Shown: positions 1-13,000 of the stretch, in pieces
Layout: each line of letters starts with the position of its first letter
Position numbering within the stretch: the stretch's first letter is position 1
From: Lytechinus pictus
Lineage: Eukaryota
Direction: 5' to 3'
Assembly (NCBI RefSeq): GCF_037042905.1
Contig: NC_087247.1
Coordinates: 62,248,001-62,312,000 of the forward strand
Length of the DNA stretch: 64,000 nt
Program-made: the position numbers and the translations under genes
The notes under the pieces: generated by a model
Databases searched by the model: none
Seen by the model: the letters and a program-made list of their open reading frames with translations, nothing else
What the model was told of the DNA's origin: nothing

Positions 1-645
1 ATCAATCCAATATATCATGGGCCAAGGATCATAAACCAGGACTGTCAATCTATTTGTTATACATACAGAATTTTGTGACAAAAGTTGAGAGTGGCAGTCA
101 CATAGTTTTGTGCACTTGTTAACACAAGGCAAAAGCGATATTGTGTCTTGCCCACTTATGAAAATGACCAGAAATATTGTGATTTGCGAGGGCACGCAAC
201 AGAATTGTATCGAAACTTCATTGTGAAATGACTGGGATGGAATAACACTTGTCATAAGAGTCTTGCACGTAAACTTTAATGTTGACCTCAAAATGACCTT
301 TGACCTTACCATGTGACCTCCGACTGCAGCCTAACATGCAGGTTCCCCAAGTCCATCTACCATCCAAGTTTGGTTGAAAAGTGATATACGGTTGCGGAGT
401 TAGGTGTCATAAGAGTCTTGCATGTAAACTGTAACGTTGACCTGAAAATGACCTTTGACCTTACCATGTGACCTCTGCCTGCAGCATAAGATGCAGGTCC
501 CCCAAGTCCATTTACCATCCAAGTTTGGTAGAAAAGTGACCTACGGTTGGGGAGTTATGTGTCATAAGGTTTGTGACGGACAGACGACGGACGGACGACA
601 TTTGGATCCCTAAGTCTTGCCTTCACCTCTGGTGGGCGAGACAAA
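1..645 (+). mobile_element. HINE/DINE-1-like non-autonomous Helentron (5' end outside window)
   Basis: 155-bp tandem core (units start 251, 406, 561), GACG/GACA microsatellite, 3' hairpin GTCTTGCCTTCACC-tct-GGTGGGCGAGAC (614-642), then A-run. Confidence 0.7.
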
Positions 646-910
646 AAGTAGGTGAAGAGCTCTCATAATCCAAAAGATGAAACTTAGAATCGTACCAGTG
701 TCTGATTAGTTTCTTGATAAAGACCAAAGAAAGCTGATAACACAATAATGATCCTTTAAACTCACTTATAACTTGGATGTTATAAAGGAACACCTGGTAG
801 AGCGTTCCTTTCTCCATGTTAGCCCTCCATGGTAACCTGTCTACAAGGGACACTTCTCATCTTCATATCCCTGGCTGGTCCTTACATACAAGTTTGACAT
901 GAATCTATTG

Positions 911-1031
911 CTATGCTTGTATTTCCATTCTTTGACCTTTCCGTTTGATGAGTGGTGTTGGATTAGACACTTTAGGGTCTTGTGTACTGATGATGGCCTC
1001 GATCTTTGATCCATTGAAGTTCATTGGGAAT
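911..1031 (-). CDS. MYO1B: myosin I terminal coding exon 25 (FPMNFNGSK...[11 protein letters not shown])
   Basis: TTCAG acceptor, phase 2 matches exon 24, TAG at 913-911; typical TH1 C-terminus. Confidence 0.85.
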
Positions 1032-4000
1032 CTGAATTATAATAAAGAGAGGACAACAAACATAACATCGGCGTTCGACCGAACCATCGTATCAGTCAAT
1101 TTTGGTCAAAAATTGATATTGAGAATTTTGCAGAAATTGAAACTACAAGTCTTATTCTATACATGATTACATTTCTAGGAAGAAATTTATTTTAGTTTCT
1201 GAGATATGTGGGGATTTTCACGGTGATGCCATACAAATTGTTGATAAAATGTGCAAATCCCATAGGAAACGTGTACTGAAGTCAAAGCAAACAACAGCTG
1301 CCCACCCACACTTAATATGCTAATGCAGGGTCAGTCAAACCATCATATCAGCACTGCATTGACTTTGCGTGTGAAAAAGCGGTAAGGGTTGCTGTATTCC
1401 CTAAGGCATTTTTGTACAGGGAAAATCTAAACAACTAAGACCGAAATTACAAGCATGTAGCTCTCTTGCAATATTTTCTCTGATCCTTGGATTTGTGTTA
1501 AAATTAAGATACCAATATCAAGCAATTGTCTTGTTCTTTCCAACCATGTATTTTTCTAGCAATGAATATGTTGTAAGGCTGGGGAACTAAGTGTGTAAAT
1601 CATAGTAAACTCTCTCTGAAATGGGTTTGCACCGTAGTATGTGTGATATGACGTTTCAAATGACCGCCGACGATAAGATACAAACATTTCTTAATATTTT
1701 TTACAAAAGTCTATCATTTTACAATTATTATAAACCTCTATCCAAAAAAGGTGCATAATTGGTTAAGATATTGCAAAATATTTTCTGCTGTTGAGGATAT
1801 TTTGAAAATGAATTTAATAAAGGTATACAGACCGGACATTTTTTATAAACAGCTGAAAATGAACGTTGATATTGAATTTTTTCAGCCACACAGATGCAAA
1901 AAATATGCTTTTACCACTGAATTATATAGCTTATATTACTACACTTCTGCAGTTGATAGGATATATTTAATTTCAGTAATTAGAAATGAATATGATTTTG
2001 TACAACTGTCCAATCGTTGTGACATGTGTGCTGATTTTCATCACAATCGCATGATCAACAGAACTAAGGACCACCCCCACCAACAACGCAATTTCAAAAT
2101 AGCCTGGGCTCTTTAGGATAAGTGCTTAAGGAAGCAGGAAAGGGGAATATATTTTACATGCAATGAATTAATCAACTTCATACCTGTCAGCTACTGTGAC
2201 AGTGACATCTTTGTTGGTAGCTGTTCTGATAATACGATGAAACTTTGTAACCATTTCAATCAGTTTATCACTCATAAAGACATAATCTCCTTTCTTGGTG
2301 TTATCTTCTCCCTGGTTCAATCAAAATCAAACAAAACACAATCATATTCATGAGAGGACAATAGGTTTGAGGACAGTAAGACAACACTCACAATAAATAA
2401 AATATCACAGACAAGTAATGATCAGAAGTTCAGCTAAGGAAAAAAACAACAATATGGTATCTAATTGACAAAAATACAGTTTTAATATGAATAAAAATAG
2501 TTTAAGTATATTTCATTAAGCTGATTGTACAGTTGAGCATAACTATGGGTACAGATTGCAAGAGATAAAGTGAGAAGAACAACTCCCCATCATTGCATCA
2601 AGTTTAATGAAATATTAACAGGTAATTTAACATGCTTATTGCTCATGAGCAAAAAACATGAACAGGTTCTACATATTTTTTTCCTACACATGTATTATGC
2701 AATGTTGAATAGGAGAAGATAAATGTTTGCATATACCTTTGTGACATGAATGACTATGATATAATCACTATATGGTGTAACAGACATTCCAGAGATAGCA
2801 GCCAGTGGTACTCTGTTCTTCTGGGATAATGTCTTCTGATCCATTACCATGAATGATGCTGTTGTCAAGACAACAAGCTGCTCAGTGACCTTCAAAATCA
2901 AACAAATTGCAAATGCAATAGAGCATATTATTTGTAATAGAAAAATCAATGAATTAGTAATAAATACAAAGTCCTGTACAGGGCAGAATGCACTTAGTTC
3001 AATATATACTTGCTGAAAAATAAACATAATCTCTGCTGATCAATGATACTAATATCTAATGATGAACAAAATGATAACACCAGACAACTTTGAAGTTTAA
3101 ATAACTAATGAACACATGTAATACAGTACATTAATTCCATGTTTCTATTTGAAATGATTGAAGAGATTACCTTGCCATTGTTTCTGTTGATCTTTTTGAT
3201 GATATCAGCAAACACAATAAACTGATCACTTGTCTCTGCATATGTCTTCTTATATTTACCATTGTTCCTTAGTAGCACATAATCACCCTTGAATGGAACT
3301 GCAACACTACAAATGGAAAATAGATTCAAAGATGCACTCTATTTTCATTAATTAGATATACAACTTTCCATTTTAGGTATGTCTATGCCAAAAGACTAGG
3401 TAAATCTTAGATTTACTTCCAACTACATGTATTAAAGCCATTTGAATTTTTTACCATCTCTATATGAAAATATAAAAAATTCCACGGGTTTTCAACAAAT
3501 AAGTCACTTTATTGTAGTGCATTTTGTAGAGATAATAGGCTTCCCTTATTCTCCTTGAGGTATGGATTAATTATACATGTATTTCTAATCTTGATATCTG
3601 TTGTTTTTTTCCTGTTAATAACTTGCCATGCATTGTAGTGCACAGTTGATTATATCCATACAGATATTGTGCAATATAAATTTAAAAATATCAATATTAT
3701 TGATTACACCTATTTAAAGAGGGATTTGCAGTTGCTCTAATGGCAAAAGTTCCATAGAATTGGCAAAACAGACATTATCTGGTTTATGTGTACGGAAGCT
3801 ATTTATTTAGCTTGTTAATATTGTTGAACTGTCTATTAGGACCCAGTACTCTCTCTATCAAAGCTAATGAGTAAATGAACATGCAGAAAATAAAACAAAA
3901 CAAATGTATGATTTTTCTTCATACCTAATTGGATAGAGTGCTTTCTTATCCTTAAACAAGCTGCTAGCTGTGACCTTCTCACCAAGACGAATCCTTGTAG

Positions 4001-7000
4001 GCTCATCAAACTTCTTCCTGAATTGGTTTGCCCTCCACATGATGAAGATTTCTTGAAGATGTTTGTGAGCTGCAGTGTGTAGTGGGGAACATGGCGGCCA
4101 TGATGCATCAGTAGGTGACATTGACGGCAGGTGTTGTTTTAACCTCTGTAAGTACCTCACATGCTGTTAAATAATACAGGTATAAAACAATCTATAGCTT
4201 TATCATCAAAAGTGAAAATTAACTACTTCGCTTGACTGAAAAGAGAACAATGTAATTTTATCATTTTCATAGCATGTTAGGCACAGGATCTTTCCTCTAT
4301 CACCCAAGTGATTTAAAAAAAAAAATTTGGGTGAGATTATCAACCAAAGGTAAATCATATAAAATAAAATAAAAAGTGAGAAAGATTTATGAGTTTGATG
4401 TCACTAATCCAAAGATGTCAGTTTTGAATGCTAAACACAAACAGTTAATAAGATGTTATAGGTTACTTACAATACATTTCATGAGAAAGGCTTTGACCTT
4501 GGGACCCGCATTTGCTTTGAAGTGTTTCCTGAACTCCTTCCGCACCTGTCACAAAAAGACAAAATTAAGATTTATTGCAAAATTTGTTCCTTTAATTTCC
4601 TACTTTCCTTTCTCTTCCTCCTTCACTTCTCTTTCATATTTCCATCTATTATCTTCACTCTGTTGCATTACAACATGTGCATTAGGGAAGTACACTCATG
4701 ATGTAAAACAAACAAAACAAATCACCAATAGCAACACAGGAAAAAGTTGTCAGTATACACAAGAACTCTTTTTAACCCATATCAGCATTGTGGCTACTTA
4801 TGAGCAACTTCATATGATACTGAATTCAGCTTTCTCTATCTGTAAAGAAAGTAATCTACATGTCAAAGATCTACATCAATTAATACATTACAATTATAAA
4901 AAAAAAAGATTTACATATCCCATAACTCTTTTTCATTACTTGAAAACTGATCAAGTTACCTTCCATCCAACATAGAATTTATGAACAATGCCAGCTGCCC
5001 ATACACATCTTGCCCTGTATTTGATCTTCTTGAATTCTTGTCTTGCTTGATGACCATGATAATGAGCTGCTATAGTAGTACAAGCTTTCCTCTTCTTCTG
5101 GTACAATGTTCTCTCCTGACAAGAGGGAAAAGAAGAAAATGGATGATGAATATCACCAATAGGATAGGCTCATACGGAACTCCCTAAATCCCATAGAATT
5201 TAGGCCTATATAGGGACCATCCAGTTTCCATAACCAAGAGGTAAATAGCAAATTATACATTCAAATGAGAACAATCACAGTAAACCAAAAAAGTAACATT
5301 CTAAAGCAAACATGAAAGGAAGAAACAAGTCAATAAAAAAACACTAAATGTGAAACATGATACATAAATTTGACAGAAAAATCATTTTTATTCTCCATAA
5401 TATTAACAAATTCTCTTGTGCTTATAGCAAAGGCATGAAACTTAGTTATGTCAGCTAGAATTCCTCAAAAGGCCTGAAAAACTTTGAAAATGGGCCCATA
5501 TGTACGAAAATTGTGGCCTGAAAATAAGTTGGTCAGAAGCCAATCCTGACGTACCAATTGTTTGTTTAATAAAAAGTAATCACACAGATCGGAAAGCCTT
5601 AGCAGATAAAAAAATCACAAGAACATCTTAGTGAATTTCTGTCTTATAAGACGTTGCAAGAAACTTATGTGCTATTGCAAATCAAATTTGTCAAAATTTC
5701 AAAAAGGTTAAGAAGTAATTAATGCAAATTGGTAATAAATTTGCATTAATCAGAGGATTTATGCTTTACTTGGGGACTTGTGTGATTTGGAACTGATAAA
5801 AAAAAATTAGGTTGGATAGTCTGGATACAAGCAATAAATGTAGGTATATCGATGTGTTGAAATCTTACCTGAAAGCCCTTGAACTGTGAAGCAATGAGTA
5901 CAGCACTCTTCTTCATCTTCTTAAATAGTGTCATAGCATGCCATCCACGATACATTGTTTGTACTAAGGTTGCTAAGTGATGCATATGATGATGTCTTCT
6001 CTCTTCCATATCAAACAACTATAATATAAAAATATATGTGAAAATCAACTTTATTATTCCTCTATTGAAAACACAGATCATCTACATTGTATTACTAATC
6101 TTATAACTTGTGCATTCATACTGCAATATAAGTCAATTCATACTAAAAAGGGAAGTAAGTATGAAGTAAAGAATAAAAACAGATAATAAAACCCATAAAT
6201 CTGTTAATTCATGCTTTAATGTGTATAAGAGAAAGTCAATAATCCCTTGAATGTCTTTTCTGAAGCTATGCACAAGTTTATATGTCAGGAAAAAATCCCT
6301 CCTTGGTAAAAAAAAAGAAGGTTCTTAAAGGGGAATCCAACCCAGATAAAAAACTTGTTTTTATAAGGAAAAGAAAAATCAGACAAGTTGATAGGTGAAA
6401 GTTTGAACAATATTGGACAAACAACAAGAAAGTTATGAATTTTTAAAAGTTGTAAATATTGGTAATCACGATACCCATGGAGACTTCAAATTGGCCGCAT
6501 ATGGGATGTCATAGTGATGTAAGGCAAGGACTAAGTATCTTCCATGTACTCCAATACATATTATGGCTAAAATGTCATTTTTCCCAAAAGTTTTATTTCA
6601 AATTATATTTTTCTTTCATGAGGACATAAAACAATATACTACCTGGGTTACATTTAGATTACTGCCCCAGGGGAATGGGCACTTAGGAGAAAACCACTAA
6701 TCCCTGATAATAAAGTACATGGCCTATGGGAAAGTTGTCCTTGCCCCTTGTCATAATTTACTTACTCAGTTGCCAATTTGAAATATACATAGTATTAGTG
6801 ATCTCAATTTTAAAGCAGCTATAACTTTCTTATTGCTTGTCTGATTTCTTTCAAACTTTCACCATTCTGTTTCATTTATTTTTCTCCTTCCCAACACAAC
6901 ATTTTATGGCCAAGGCTGGATTCCCCATTAAAGAAAAATTCATGCGGGTTCTCTCCAAATATTGTTCTCTCCAAATATATCAACTTAGATATGTTAAAAG

Positions 7001-10000
7001 TTTCACAAAATATTAAAATCAATGCTTTTTTCGATTTGATGCTTAGTTATTCTTTTCATCCGCTTATTGGTGCACCAACTCGTGTTACAGCTTCATCTGC
7101 CACTTTGTTGGATAATATTTTTGTTAACTCAGATTTATTTATCAATGCTGGTATTCTCATATCTGACATAAGCGATCATTTACCTGTTTTTGCAATTACT
7201 GGTTCGTTAACAAGTGTGCCTCATGAATCTATGTATACTGTACAATGTATTAATGATGACACAATTAATATGTTTTATAGTGAAGTTCAAAATCTGTCAT
7301 TTAGTTTAACTGATGATGTAAATAGTTCGTACAATTCTTTTCTCACTAATTTTACCAATCTATATAATAAATGTTTTATAAAAAAAGAACGCCAACAGAA
7401 AAAGATATGTAATAAAAAAACATGGATGACGCATGATTTAAAAAAGCTCTGCAAGAAAAAATCAGAACTTTATAAAAAGTTTTTACAATATCCTACACAG
7501 TATCGTGAGAAAGCATACAAAAGATTCAGAAATTATGTTACCTTAAAGCTTAGGCAAGCTAAGAGAAATTTTTATTTCAAGAAATTCAATGATTTCAAAG
7601 ACAATACAAGAAAGACTTGGCAATGTATTAATACAATTTTGGGAAAAAACAAAAGCTCATCTTCAAGTATTAATTCTATAAAACTTAATGGTGAAATTGT
7701 AACTAATAAAGAAACAATTGCAAATGCCTTTAATGATTTTTTTGCTACAATTGGTACTAATTTGTCTTCTCAACACATTAATAATTCTAACGATAATTTT
7801 GCTTCTTATCTAGATGACCCCAATTTGCAATCGTTATATCTCAAACCAATAAAACCAAGTGAAATAATTGATATAGTTTTAAAAATGAAAAGCAATACAA
7901 GTTCTGGTCAAGATTCTATAGGTATCAAAGTTGTCAAGAAAATAATTCGTTTACCAGTCATTTGCAAAACCTCTTGGTCATATTTTGAACTGTAGTATAT
8001 CTACTGGCAAATATCCCGACTTAATGAAAATAGCCAGAGTAACCCCAATTTATAAAAAAGGTGATACGAGTGAACTTAATAATTATAGACCAATCTCTGT
8101 ACTCTCAATATTTGCTAAAATACTCGAAAGATGTATGTACAATAGAGTTGTTTCTTTTTTTGATAAACTCCAAGTTCTTTTCTGTACTCAGTTTGGCTTT
8201 AGATGTGGGCACTCCACATCTTCTGCAATATTGGAATTGATTCATAAAATTACGCAAGCAATAGAAAGGAAAGAATATACATTAACAGTTTTTATTGATT
8301 TGTCAAAAGCTTTTGACCTTATAGATCACTCAATTTTATTTCATAAATTGCATTACTATGGGATCAGAGGTATTGTTTTAAACTGGTTTCGAAGTTATTT
8401 GAATGAACGACAACAGTATACAGTTATAGATGGTATGGAATCAAAATACAATACAGTAAGATGTGGAGTGCCCCAGGGCTCTATACTCGGTCCCCTTCTG
8501 TTTGTGATTTATATAAATGACTTGCCAAAATGTTCGACCTTATTAAATTACATATTATTTGCAGACGACACCAGTATTTTCCTTTCCAATCCTGATCCAA
8601 CTCAACTTATCAATACCATGAACACCCAATTAATGAAATTACATCAATGGATGTGTGCCAATAAGTTGATTTTAAATGTAGATAAAACTAACTATGTAAT
8701 ATTTGGTACACGTAAAATTAATAATAACATCCCAGATATATATTATAATCAACGTATTATTAATAGAGTGTCAAGTACTAAGTTCTTAGGTGTTATTATT
8801 GATGATAAGTTGTCTTGGAATAATCATATAAGTCATCTATGCTGTACCATATCTAGAAATATCGGAATTCTTAGGAAATTATCATTTTTGCCCAGAAATG
8901 TTCTTAAATTATTGTATCATTCTTTAATATCTTTTCATTTAAGTTATTGTTCCACAGTGTGGGGCTTTTCATCAAAATATAATCTTAATTGTATATTTCG
9001 TCTACAGAAAAGGGCACTAAGAGTTATAACTCATTCTCATCATTTACATCCTTCTTCCCCTCTATTTTCCAAAATGAATATTCTTTCAATACATAGTATT
9101 ATTTCTTTACAAACTGGTTCATTCATGAATAACTGTTATCATGGTAATATACCACTGTCACTTTTGATTTTTTTTATATTGAATCAATCCATTCATTCCC
9201 ATAATACACGAAATAGGTGTAAATTTCATCCTCCTCTGTGTCGCACTGAGCTAGCCAAATCAACCATTTTTTATCAGGGCCCTATACTGTGGAACAATCT
9301 CTCTGTTAAACTTCAGACAGCAAAGACATGTAAACTTTTCAACTTTAATTACAAACAACATTTACTTTACACTCAGTAACCCCTTTCTCTTGACAAATAA
9401 TCATAGCCTCTCTGTTTCTTTCTTCCTTCTTTCCTGTCCTGTCTTATGCCATATGGATGCATTTTAATGATTATGTATTTATTATGTTTTATGTATTACG
9501 TACTATGTGCGCTTATGAATGTTATTTTGGGCCATCCAAACAAGCCTGATGAGCTTTCATTTGGTCCACCACTATTTTAAAATGTACTTGTATATTGCTT
9601 TGTATATATTTTAATTTTGTGGAAATAAATAAATGAATATACATATATTATACTATTTGGGAACACAGTGACTATGTCCATGTATGGAAACATTCTTTTT
9701 TTTTCATTTCAATTAATATTTCAATAAGACACCTGGTAACTGAGAGCACAACAGCAAAATTACAGAAATGTCAGACAGTTTCCTGTTAAAAAAACCTAAA
9801 GTAAATAAGATTATGCAGAAATGTATATCAGCCTTAAAGATAATATGCTTACTGTTCTTGGGTTCCTGATGAAGATCTTATTCCTGCCATATGCTATCTC
9901 ATCATCCATTATATGAAGATGTCTAACTAGTTCTTCAACACCATCCCGTGGATCTCCAGTCCACTTAGGCCATGTCTTTGGACATAACATCTTGTAACGG

Positions 10001-13000
10001 GACAGGAACAGCTCATACAGCTGACGGAATGCAAATCCTGCTCGTCTAACCCTTACATTCTCTAGCAAGCTGGAAAGATTATAAAAGAGAACATTATCAC
10101 ATAAATTCAAGAGCCAAATTCCATGATTTTGGTGGCATATGATAATGCATACTCACCAACTTACCATACCCCCAAAAAGGTGAGACTAACTTAAAGCTAT
10201 GACAATAATGAAATTTAGCTAATATTACTGGATAACTATCAGGGTAAGTCAATCTCCTTGTGAATCCCATCATGTAAAAGTTTTTACTAATGTCAGGTTG
10301 ATGTTAGGCAAGGTAAACTGTAACTCTCTTTGCTGTAATTGCCTCATTTTATGCTAAAAATTGTCATGTTTTAAAAATGTTTTCCTATGCTTATTTTGGT
10401 TTTAATTCTGGAATTCTTTTTTTCATGTCAAAAATATGTATAGAGATGAGATTATATCATATACTATAAGACATCACCACTCCACCAGAGTATCATTTAG
10501 AGTGAGCCTGGAGCCAGAGATGGGATAGGATGTAAAACTACAGAAACAAAGAATGCTTAATGCTTTTTTTTTATTAAAAAATAATAATCTAGGAGCTAAC
10601 TATAATACATATCTATAATACATTTGCAATTCACCCATAGATTCATATGGTAAATTTCATGAGATAAGAAGCTTCCTTCAACTTACCCAAGGTATCTAAC
10701 CTGGTGTTGGACAATGTCATAGTCAAATCTCATTTTCTTCTTGAAGTCATTTGGCTGTGAATAAAGCATTATGAATATCAGATATTGAATATCTAACTAA
10801 ACTAACAACCATATATAAACATGGTAAAATCCAGGTAACTATAAACTATTGGAATATGGGACTTAATTTTTCTTCTTTGGGGGCAATATGAAGGTTTTCT
10901 TTTTTTTAATCAGGAGAAAAAGAAAATTACATCTGGGGGAAAAAAAATGGTGACACAACATTTGCTCTAGCGACAATTGCTCCTGGATTTATTACGTCTA
11001 AGATATAGGGTTAGTGTTTAGGGTAGGGTAGTGCTAAATCCAGGGTTGAAGTTGGTAATGCCATTAGTGTGTGGAATTTGCAGTGGAGCAATTGTCGCCG
11101 AAGCAAATGTCCATGGAACCCCAATAACACAAGAAACCCACATGAGAGCAGGGGAGAAAATGAAATAAGAATGGAAACCAACCTTGATACATCTGATGTA
11201 GTTGGGATGTTTGCTAACCAGGTTCTTCATAAGCTTACTAACTGAAGCCTAGAAAATATAAAAGGAAAAGGTCAATTAATCAAATGAAAGAAAAGTATTT
11301 TATGCAGTATGATATGAAACTTTTGATAGAAACACAATTGCCTGCTGAACTGATTAATAGGTTTGGAATCATACTACATATCTCAGTTATTTGGTAATAT
11401 TTTGGACATTTATTTCCCGTATTCTTTACTCTCTGCTTAAAAAAACATAATGAACATGTAATTTGATATTAGAAATAAACCTCTTTTTAATATGAAAATA
11501 AAATCAATTATTTCCTTCAAGGATTGCAAACAAGTAAATGGAAACCATATTCAAAGGAGGATACAAGTATCAAATCAACAAACAAAATACTGAAATTCCA
11601 TTTCCTTGTGAAACTAGGAGCATAATAACCCAGTATTGGACTGTTGGAAAGATGGCTACCGTTTACCTTTTAGATATAAAAACCAAAACCAACATTTGAA
11701 TAATATATACCGGATCAACATCAGTGCTTAGGTTATTTTAATATTTCATGGGATAATTTTGAAGGAAAAAAATTGAAAACAAGGTAAAACAGCATTATGA
11801 TCTGACCAGGTTTTACTATACAAGGATAATACCACTTGAGAATAAACATCTAATATTTGAAATGAGAGACTGCCATCTTATATTTTGATGTGGTACAAAA
11901 AATGATAGCTTTAATAGTCGGTAGAATGGGGGTTTCAGATTCCAGTCACCTGGGTTCGATTCCCACTTGGTGTGCTAGTGTCTTTTGGTAAGGCATTAAT
12001 TCTCATGACCAGGTCCCTCGGAGAGCACCTTAAGCCATCAGTCCTCTGGTTGCTTGCTTACAAGCATTCATGCTTTCTTAGCAATCAGGTAAAAAATCAC
12101 CACCATCACCATCACCAAGCCCATTTCATAAAAAACCAACTCATTTCCAATAGATAGCATTACAATTAGGTAGTGATACACGTTTCATGACAAACAAAAG
12201 CACGAAGTTGTAAAAAGGTTCTTGAAATATATTTTTTGTCTATCATGGAATCCCTTAGCAAAGACTTCTCTGGATACCTTGAACTGACTGCCCGCCGTTG
12301 GTGGTCGTTTCTTGGACATAAATTTAGGATCTCCTTCTGGGAAGAGTTCTGATAGTAGCAGATGTTTACATTTAAACATAAGCTGAGAGAGATCATGGAA
12401 CAGAAGATCATTGTTACGATCGATGAATCCTTCCACTTCATATGTCACCTGAGGGGAGGAAAATAGACAAAGAATCTTTGCTTGATTGCTTTTAGGGGAA
12501 ACTTTACTGTGGGTAATGTGAGTGTTATACTATAATTCCATGGGCAATATTTTTCAATCATCAATTGACTATTAATGATTTGTCAAAGAATTTATGCTTA
12601 CCTATGGCTTTGCTGAATGAGAAATTCACAGTCGCTATCCTGGTTGGTGTTTCATAAAGGTACGCATAAGTTTAAGAACGACTGGAACATGATCTTGGGT
12701 CCTAACTCAATTATATAAGGATATTTCACTTGGCATGAGAAAGGGTTACCAGTTGTGAGTAAAGTAATTTGTATCTTATGAACAGCTTTATGAAACACCC
12801 TCCTGGGCCCCGTCTTACAAAGAGTTACGATTGATCCAATCAATAGTAACTCTATAGAAATCCATCAATATCATAATTTATTTTGCAGGAAATTGTACTC
12901 AATGTTTTTCGTATTAGCAAAGAAAAGCACACTGAACTTGCAAGAAAAGGATGAGTGCATGAATATACAGCATATCTAGAAAATATTTTGAACCAACATG

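Noticed and set aside
4760-4839. Possible extra IQ exon after the acceptor-like TTTCTTTACAG in intron 19
   Set aside because: Stops within 10 codons in all frames and has no IQ motif.
4376-4975. 199-aa plus-strand ORF
   Set aside because: Antisense to myosin exons 19-20 and their intron, with no recognisable domain; likely chance.
7960-7995. Programmed ribosomal frameshift between the two LINE ORFs
   Set aside because: The break is inside ORF2 between EN and RT, which is normally continuous; a single-base insertion explains it.
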